Shown here: positions 16,701 through 24,600 of the stretch, in pieces
Numbering within the stretch: position 1 is the first letter of the stretch
How the letters are laid out: each line of letters starts with the position of its first letter
Assembly (NCBI GenBank): GCA_017481085.1
Contig: JAFUPS010000065.1
Coordinates: 1-44,082 of the forward strand
DNA from: Clostridia bacterium
Lineage (GTDB): Bacteria; Bacillota; Clostridia; Oscillospirales; Acutalibacteraceae
Reading direction: 5' to 3'
Length of the DNA: 44,082 nt
Notes under the pieces: generated by a model
What the model saw: the letters and a program-made list of their open reading frames with translations, nothing else
The model's database searches: none
What the model was told of the DNA's origin: nothing
Translations under genes and position numbers: made by a program

Positions 16701-18601
16701 TGCAGGGTAGCGACACGCTGGATGCGGTCATGAAAGACGTAGCCACCGATTGGAATATTGCCTACGTGTATCCGATGCTCGGCAGCGCCAACGGCGTGTT
16801 CCTCAACGGCACCAAGATCAGCGTTTCCTTCCAGAAATACAGCGGTGGGGCTAACCGCTGGTATATGGGCGGCGTCACGCCTTCTGCAGAGGGCGATACG
16901 CTCGTCATCAAGGGCCAATTCTACAACGACACCTATCAGGTCATCGTTGACCTGGCTCCGCTCACCCTCGTGTGGAATGGTACTCAATGGGTGCAGCAGA
17001 TCATCGCAACGGTGGAGAAGGACGTCAACGGCGACGGCGAAGTGGACATCCGCGATGCTATTCTGCTGCAGATGCACCTGGCCGATACCACCGTGGTCAT
17101 CTCCAATATGTCCGATATCAACGAGTCTGGCTCGGTCACTTCGGATGACCAGCGTATGCTCCGGCGTTACCTGCTCGGCATCGTCGTCACCTACGTGAAC
17201 GACATCCCGGTCGGTACGCCGTACTACGCCGGTGGCGAGATGATCAAGACGGCCTACATTCCGCCGGCAATCGGCACGATCGATTGGGATACCGAAACCG
17301 TCAACTTCAAGAGCGATGATGAGATCGACCGCCTGATGGACGATTATGCAGCGGCCGGCTTCACGCACATCAACCCCGAGTCCTATGCGTATTTCTATGA
17401 TCAGGCAGCTGATTGGGGTCCGCAGCAATTGCTGTATCGCTATTTCGAAGAAGCGGAAGAGCGCGGTCTGAAGGTCATTGTGTCCAGCGCATATATGTTC
17501 AACCTGTTGAGGGCCGGATGGGATATCGATACCTATGACTCGTCCGATGCGACGCAGGTGAACTATACCAACTGGCGTGCGGTTATGGAGAGCCTTGTCA
17601 TCATTTTGAGTGAGCACCCGGCGTTCTGGGGCTTCATGATGGCTGACGAACCGGATAGCAGTCAGATTTCCAACTATGTGAAGGTCATTTCCTATCTGCA
17701 CGAGACCTATCCGTCGGTTGGCACCTACTGGGCGAACTACCCGAGCTATGCATCCTCGAGCGCAGTGGGTGGCAACTACACCAACTACGTCACGTCGCTT
17801 GGTGCCGGTACCGGTCAGTTTATGTACGACAGCTACTGCCTGGTTAATAAGGATACCTGGTACGGCTCCTCGGATAACTATATCGACGAGTACTGGTTCT
17901 CCAACCTGAACACGGTTGCCACGCTGGGCCGCGATAACAACTTCACCAGCGGTATCACCATGCAGTCGACGGCGTTGACGCCGACCGGCGGTGACGGTTT
18001 GTTTGCCAATACCTATCAGCGCCGTCAGATCCTCTCCGATGCCGATATCGGCTTCCAGGTGTACACCGCGCTGGCATACGGTTTCAAGGAGCTGAGCTAC
18101 TTCACGTATTCGGATCACCCGTCCGGTACGAGCGCCAGCGTTGTGCTGAATACCTCTATGGTTGGCACTGACCTGTCCACCAAGAACGCGGCGTACTACG
18201 CTGTCAAGAACACCCATGCCGAGATCAAAGATCTCGAGGCGGCGCTGGTCAACTACAACTGGCTGGGCACCATCGAGCTGAATCTGGAAGATTCCGACGA
18301 TAAGACCTCGACCTATACGGCGGCGAACAACGACCGCTTGGCTTCCGTCTCCAACGCCAGCGGTGCGTTGGTCATCGGTTGCATGAAGGACGTTGACGGC
18401 TACGACGGTTACATGGTTGCAAACGCTTCCGAGCCGTCCAAGTCCAGCACTTCTTCGGTCACTCTGACCTTTAACAACGCCACCAAGGCGCTTGTGTACG
18501 TCAACGGCGTGGCACGGGAAGTGACGCTGACGAACGGTGCTTACACCGTGTCGGTTGCCGACGGCGAAGGCGTGTTCATCATCCCGATCCTCGAAGGTTA
18601 A
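13709..18601 (+). CDS. 1630-aa secreted multimodular protein: signal peptide, 8 repeat modules of about 120 aa, an internal dockerin, and a C-terminal GH-like domain (paralog 2 of 3)
   Basis: The GTG start follows an AAAGGAGG RBS and the signal peptide ends VSAATD. Modules end in (W/Y)(D/N)G(S/T)xW. The dockerin lies at 17021-17178. The C-terminal domain has the motifs GFMMADEP, YDSYC, ITMQS and YTALAYGFKELSYFTYSDH. Confidence 0.7.
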   Translation: MRLTKKFGAVVLALALLISCLGVFTVSAATDTVMNLVSFRDSATGYASYDYSASYTDASWRMFFYGDASPTDINAAFGDYVVTWDNGGETGQSAVQLYPQNADNGIMWAVIWGVPAADALVDGATVKIAAGTGTTGSGNSITLARDVDMKWHADTQRWEYIAPAPSYTGNALAYSSSNAGSGFYASSADSIPYNTDWNYRYFPIGTQGEITLIRNGVETKLPNAYFQKIGASSYYINVEAGGTPVQAGDTIRISGIFGLGDWTKAWVIGWFPGTYVEIPEAVFDFDGSNWSAGYVLSDDAVVLTHLDVIAAHQSATAFYTSLPEGTTGLTIDNDWYTRFYPMTNQDGGFVNGTAYANRFALDGGGGMPIQSSAGAAGLYVSGFGTATEGTTVTIMGDFYGYNRNTGVMTGEQITLYAPVTFTYSGGVWTRTSEIPEIPVSWNYHDFTISGVSQVIENAATTGYRHFYLNINGEVPGDWDKFEHLQLAVNDGEKFGVRVGNNGSTSVICFDVYKDYMPASIDVGTTLTLYAGAATPAADAVNVNADDAIRLTQDCTLVWDGSGWVLEEDYNPISYTNLTITGAIEPSGLNTDSGRWDFYLSVDGTIPGVADSGYSFAPIKAIYKDAVGNTILEKNFTFTHAAHGNGTFFAYVEFTELTADALPAGSHVTFYAGKADPTTGSEGINITNDFSLEWNGSEWVTPDLTVYEDVALSAPENGWNAEHSWWDIYLTSDIILPGTAWETAYKDIVVEYGDGATANGLAVKKAGDKRLNVFFTSDAPAVGTKITIKAGKSKAYNNSTGVVDTTANGINIVSDYVMVWTGTGLVPAADYVVYNDLTLTGTVNPTGWSGSIWNFYLSVDGTIPGVGDSGYYFTPAYITVVDGNGNTLLNKFERNLAFAAHQTTLFFNIDASSLPYASVTEGTVLTIHSGKMDPISWESIARNEDGYQIGINVQNDLVLVWDGASWINYLDRSGYTVYEGSVSTKGAEVDPSTPPHLYLQGSDTLDAVMKDVATDWNIAYVYPMLGSANGVFLNGTKISVSFQKYSGGANRWYMGGVTPSAEGDTLVIKGQFYNDTYQVIVDLAPLTLVWNGTQWVQQIIATVEKDVNGDGEVDIRDAILLQMHLADTTVVISNMSDINESGSVTSDDQRMLRRYLLGIVVTYVNDIPVGTPYYAGGEMIKTAYIPPAIGTIDWDTETVNFKSDDEIDRLMDDYAAAGFTHINPESYAYFYDQAADWGPQQLLYRYFEEAEERGLKVIVSSAYMFNLLRAGWDIDTYDSSDATQVNYTNWRAVMESLVIILSEHPAFWGFMMADEPDSSQISNYVKVISYLHETYPSVGTYWANYPSYASSSAVGGNYTNYVTSLGAGTGQFMYDSYCLVNKDTWYGSSDNYIDEYWFSNLNTVATLGRDNNFTSGITMQSTALTPTGGDGLFANTYQRRQILSDADIGFQVYTALAYGFKELSYFTYSDHPSGTSASVVLNTSMVGTDLSTKNAAYYAVKNTHAEIKDLEAALVNYNWLGTIELNLEDSDDKTSTYTAANNDRLASVSNASGALVIGCMKDVDGYDGYMVANASEPSKSSTSSVTLTFNNATKALVYVNGVAREVTLTNGAYTVSVADGEGVFIIPILEG
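17021..17178 (+). other. Type-I-like dockerin module (two Ca-binding repeats) inside the 1630-aa protein
   Basis: DVNGDGEVDIRDAILLQMHL ... DINESGSVTSDDQRMLRRYLLG is the classic duplicated F-hand pattern DxNxDGxxxxxDxxxLxxxL. Confidence 0.7.
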
Positions 18602-18697
18602 TTCTTTGTGAAAAACGGCGAAAGCCCTCTCGCAATCGAGAGGGCTATCCCGGATTTTAGCAATCTTTTCCAAACCTCGCATGAAGGAGGCAAATTT

Positions 18698-21600
18698 ATG
18701 AAACTTAGCAAACGCATTCTTACAATTGCGCTGTCAATTATTATGCTGTTGAGCGCTTTGGCGGTGCCGGTCGTTGCTGCCAACGACTTGACGGTCGCCG
18801 GTGTACATAACTTCAGCACGGTCGCCGGGGACTGGCGGTTCTGGCTGAACATGGAAGGCACCTGGCCGGTCAGCGATAGCTTTATAGCATTTACCGCTCC
18901 TGCGGTGAGTATCAACGACACTACGCTCGATTCTGCTGTTATTGAGACCTACAAAGACGGCGATAGGTTGTTGCTGTGTCTGTGGGGCCCGTTGACCGGT
19001 GGCGTCACGCCGAAGGCCGGCGATACTGTCGTTGTCAAAGCAGGGCAGATCTCTGCCGCCTCCGGCACTGCCAATATTGCCGAGGATGCCGTGTTGGTTT
19101 ACGACGGTTCGGCATGGAATCTGCAAGTTCAGGTCACTTATTATGATGCCAAATTGACCTTTACGGAGGCACAGACAAGCTCCGCGGCGAATTATCTCTA
19201 TATGAGTGCATATTGCGATATGCCTTGGGATGCTGGTTATAGCGACTGGCACGTTAAGATGAAGGCTGCCGATGCTGATAGCGGCGTCTTCCTCAACGGC
19301 ACCAAGGCTGTCGATGCGCAGATTGTCCCGTACGGAGAGGTATGGACCGAGACGGGTGCCGTCACCGATTGGTGGTACTATATTGAACTGTTCGGTACAG
19401 CTGTTGCCGGCGACGAACTTACCATCAAGGGCAAGTTTGCCTATGGTAATATCGGTATCAACGTGGCGGAGATCACGATGACCTATGACGGCAGCGCATG
19501 GACCGTCAAAGAAGCGGAAGAAGAGGATACTGCTGTCGAGATCCCGTATCTCGATGTGATCGACCAGTCGCACCTGCAGAATGCGACCTCGTTCTATACG
19601 GCAGTGCCGGATGCGTCCATCGCACTGACCGACAGCAAGGCCGACTGGAGCAACCGCTTCCTGCCGGTAGGCGAGGAGGACGGTGCGTTCTTCAACGGCA
19701 CTCGCTTTGACGTGGATGGCGGTGGCGGCCTGGCGTATCAATCGTCTGCCGGTGTGGCCGGTTTCTATATCAATGGCTTTGGAACGGCTGTTGCCGGTGA
19801 CAAGGTTACGATGCAGGGCCGCTTTGCTTCGGCTAAGACCGGCGAAGTGTTCAAGCTGATCGCTCCGGTGGAATTCACCTATGACGGCAGCAAATGGACG
19901 CGCACCTCCGAGAAGCCGGATTACGTGCCGGACGAAAAGGTTTATGATAACAACTACACCGGTACGCTGACCACCGTCGGCGCAGAGACCACCGGTGCGG
20001 CCCACCAGCTCTACCTCAAGGGCGATGCCGGTCTAGATCTGTACAAAGTCAACGTGACCGACTGGTCGGTTCGTCTGACGGTTGCTGTCGGCGATGATAA
20101 CGGCGTGTTCCTCAACGGCAACAAAGTGGCTGGCGGCTCACTGTTTAAGTACGGCGATGCTGACAACTACTGGTTTGCCGAAGGCTTTACCGCTACGACC
20201 GGCGATGTGATCACCATCAAGGGCGATTTTGTTAACGATGCACAGTCGGCGAAGGTGACTATTACCGAATGCCAGTTCCAGTGGGATGGTTCTAAATGGA
20301 TCGATTGCGTTCCGTCTGTTGAGCCGGAGTGGACGTATCACGATTTCACCATTACCGGTGTCAACGTGGTGCAGAACAATACCGCCAGCAACGGCTACCG
20401 TTATTTCTATCTGAATATCAACGGCGAAGTTCCGGGCAACTGGGATAAGTTCGAAGGTCTGCAGTTTGCTGTCAACGGCGGCGAGAAGTTCGACGTTCGC
20501 GTTGGCAATAACGGCAGCACAGGCGTGATCTGCTTTGACGTACACACTAGCCATATGCCGGCAGATATTCCGGTCGGTACAACCATTACGTTGTATGCCG
20601 GTGAAGCGCCTGCCGCTTCGGATGCAGCCAATGTTGCGGCTACCGACGTGATTCGCCTGGTCGCGGATTATACACTGGAGTGGAACGGCACCGAATGGGC
20701 TGCTCCGACCGATGAGCCGACCTACGTCGATGTGATGCTGTCCAATCCGTTACACGGCTGGAATAATGAGCAGTCCTGGTGGGATATTTATCTCAATACC
20801 GATGCCGCTCTGCCGGGTACGAATTGGGAGACCGTCTACAAAGATATCGTCGTCGAGCTCGACGGTACTGCTGTCAGCGGTGCGACTGTTCAGAAGGCCA
20901 ATAACGACCGCGAACTCAATGTTTTCTTCACTGACGATACGGCGCCGATTGCCGGTACCAAAGTGACGGTCAAGGCCGGTAAATCGCTGGCTTATGTGAA
21001 AGCGACCGGCGAATTGAACGCCGATCTGGACGGCATTAACATCACGGCCGATCATTCCTATATCTGGGATGGCGGCAAGCTGGTGCTCGAGAGCGAATAC
21101 CAGCCGCCGGTGGAATTCACGTATTACGATTTCACCGTCAGCGGTCTGAATCAGTACATTGATAATCTGGCTAATGACTACCGTCATTTCTACCTCGCCA
21201 TTAACGGCGCTGTCCCGGGTAACTGGGATAAGTTCGAAGGTCTGCAGGTTGCGGTCAACGGCGGCGAGAAGTTCGACGTTCGCGTTGGCAATAACGGCAG
21301 CACAGGCGTGATCTGCTTTGACGTACACACTAGCTACATGCCGGTGGATATCGCCGTTGGCACGACGTTGACGATCTACGCCGGCGAGGCGCATCCGGCT
21401 GCTGATGCAGCGAACGTGGCTGCCACCGACGCTATCCGTCTGGGTGCGGATTACACGCTGGAGTGGAATGGCAGTGCCTGGGTGCTTCCGGGTACGGAAA
21501 TCGAGTATACCGAATACACCGGTACGCTGACCACCGTTGGTGCGGAGACCGGTAACACCAACAACAACCACATCTACTTTGCCGGCAGCGCTACCCTGGA

Positions 21601-24600
21601 TGCCTACAAGGTCAACACGACCAACTGGGATGTCCGCCTGGTTCCGGTGGAGGACGGTGTGAGCGGTGTGTACCTCAACGGCATCAAGATGCCGGGCGCT
21701 ACCGTCTTCAAGTACAACGATGCGGCTAACAGATGGTTTGCGGAAGGCTTTATTGCCTCTGAGGCCGGTGACAAGGTAACCATTAAAGGCTCCTTTGTCA
21801 ACGATATGCAGGCGGCCAAGGTCATCATCGAGGAATGCTCCTTCATTTGGAACGGCTCCAAGTGGGAGGATGAGCAGACCGATATCGACTACAGCCAGTA
21901 CACCGCATACAACGGCACGCTGACCACCTTCGGTGCGGAAGCGACCGGTAAGAACAACCAGATCTATTTCAAGGGCGATGCCGGTCTGGCTGAGGTCTTC
22001 AACGATCTGATCGCGGCTGATAAAGAGGCCGGTAACGAAACCAACGGTTGGAACACGTCCATGCTGTATGCGCTGAAGGGCGAAGAAAACGGTTTCTTCC
22101 TCAACGGCGCCAAGGTCGATGCGCTGGAATTCCAGAAGTACAGCGATATCAACAACGGTTGGTTTGCAACCGGCTTTATCGCAGAGGTGGGTGACGTGCT
22201 CACCATCAAGGGCTCTTTTGCAAACGATGCGCAGCAGGTGCTGATCACATTCACCGAACGCAGCTACATCTGGGACGGCAACAAGTGGGCCGACGACGTG
22301 CCGGATACCACCGTGTATACCGATATCACGCTGACCGGTATGACTCTGCCGAACTATAGCGATGACGAATACGATCACTGGATCCTGCACCTCACCTACA
22401 ACGGCACCCTGCCGTCTGTGCACGGAGAGCGTTTTGAGAATCCGATGACCTACATCGATGGCGTTCGCGTATCGGATGGCAATATGTCTTTCTATGACGA
22501 TAGCGCCAGCGGCTTGCTGCTCGACCTGTGGGTGCAAGGCCTGAAGGACGAGGGTCCGGCTGTCGGCCAGAAGATCACCGTCAAAGCCGGCAAGCTCAAG
22601 AGCAAGTCTAACCCGGACGTTGGTATCAACATTACCGAAGATATCACGTTTGAGTACAACGGTACGAAGTGGATCATCGAGGGCTGGGTGGATACCACTG
22701 TCTACGAGGAGATCACCCTGAAGGACGATCCGATCTCCCCGAGCGGTTACCGCGATACCAGCAACCGCTGGGATTTCTACATCCCGTTTGACGGCACGAT
22801 CTCCGTTGAGCCGGATAACAACGGCCGCTTCGATTTCATCAAGGTGTCGGTCGTGGACGGCAGCGGCAAGAAGCTGCTGGATAAGGTGGACGTTATCGCT
22901 CACCACGCGGCTCACGGCAACACGACCGTGTTCTTCATTCTGGAAAACACGCTGCTCTCCAAGGATGCTGTCACGGCGGGCACGGTTCTGACGATCCATG
23001 CCGGCAAGGCGGCTCCGAGCGGCAATTCGATCAACGGTATCAACGTGACCGCTGATTACCAGATCAAGTGGAACGGTGATGCGTGGATCAACCCGAACTA
23101 CGTGGAGATCCCGTCGAAGGAAACGGTTACGTTGCAGTTGGACAAAAAGACGGATTACGGCGGCAATGAGAACGGTATCTACTTGCTCACCACCGACCAC
23201 TTCCCGGTCGATAAAGAGTGGAAGACGCGCATCTCGGCGGTCAGCTACGATGCTGATAGTGGCGTTTTCTTCAACGGTGAGAAGGTATACAACTCCAGCC
23301 TCTGCCGTTTTGACGACGGCAAGGTGTACGTGACGCTGGCGGATGCCGGCATTCTGGCGCAGGATAAGGACAAGGTCACGATCAAGGGTCTGTTCGCATT
23401 GGACGGCTACGGTGTTACCTACAAGGAACTTACCTTGTACTATAACGGTGTCGAGTGGGGTACCACCTATACGAAGGCCCCGGAAAAGACCTGGACCAAG
23501 TTCCAGATCGAAGGCATCAACACGGTGACCAGCTACAATTCGGTTTCCAAGCAGTGGAACATCTATCTTAACCTGAGCAATATGATCCCGGGCGATATTG
23601 ACGATATGAGCTTCAACGGTATGAAGGTCGTCGTCAACGGTCAGGAATACGATCTGTTTACGGCACACTCCTACCAGCATACGCTGTATTGCTACATCCC
23701 GGGCGACATCCTGCCGAACAAGGGTGTGGATGGCACGGCGGTCACCATCAAGGCCGGCAAGGCGATGGGTGAGGACCGTCACAGCGGTATTGAGTTGACG
23801 AAGGATTTCACCTTCTACTATTACAAGGGTGCGCTGAACGCTAAGAAACCGACCACCAATACCACCTGGCACGACGTAACGGTCACCCGTATGAATCAGA
23901 CGAAGGCGTTTGATCCGGCGACCGGTGAATGGCGTTTCCACCTGATCATCCGCAGTTCTCTCGAAGAGGTGGAGAACAATACGGTGTTTGGCGAACTTCC
24001 GTTGGTAGTCAACGGTGTCAAGCACGAGGTCACGGCGATGCTTGACAACTCCTATCTGTTTATCCGTATTCCGGAAAGCGTGATGGGCGACGTGCAGAAG
24101 GCAACGATCAAGATCCCGGCCGGTGCTACGGCGATCGGTGATGCCGGTTATCACGGCCTCAAATTCACCAACGAGTGGACCGGCTACGTGTTCAACGGTG
24201 TCCTGGCTGAAACGGATTACACCGAGGCAACCCGCCAGAAGGCGAACATCCTCGGCGTGCAGGCGATCACTCCGGGTGTGGACCGCGATCACGTGTATCT
24301 GCGCCTGAACAAGGAAGTATATGGTACCGCGTGGTACGAAGGCTACACGGGCTTCACCTATTACTACAATGGTAAGCTGATCACCACCGACGCATTCAAG
24401 AGCGAGAGCTCCAACAACAAGTTTATGTATTTCCCGATCGTTCACAAAGACGTCGGCGGCACCGCCAAGGAAGGCGACAAGATCGTCATTAAACCGGGCG
24501 CTGTCGGCAAGGGCGGCGGTTACGAGCTGGAGATCACAAACGAGTTTACGCTGGTCTTCAGCGGCGGCTTGTGGACGCAGTATGTGGATTCCGATGTCCA

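Noticed and set aside
18601-18697. Terminator between the two giant genes (hairpin AGCCCTCTCG-caat-CGAGAGGGCT, 18623-18646). A similar bulged hairpin lies at 25648-25681.
   Set aside because: Both hairpins lack an adjacent U-tract, so they are not convincing intrinsic terminators. They may be partial attenuators or RNA-stability or processing stems, and I cannot support a firm call.
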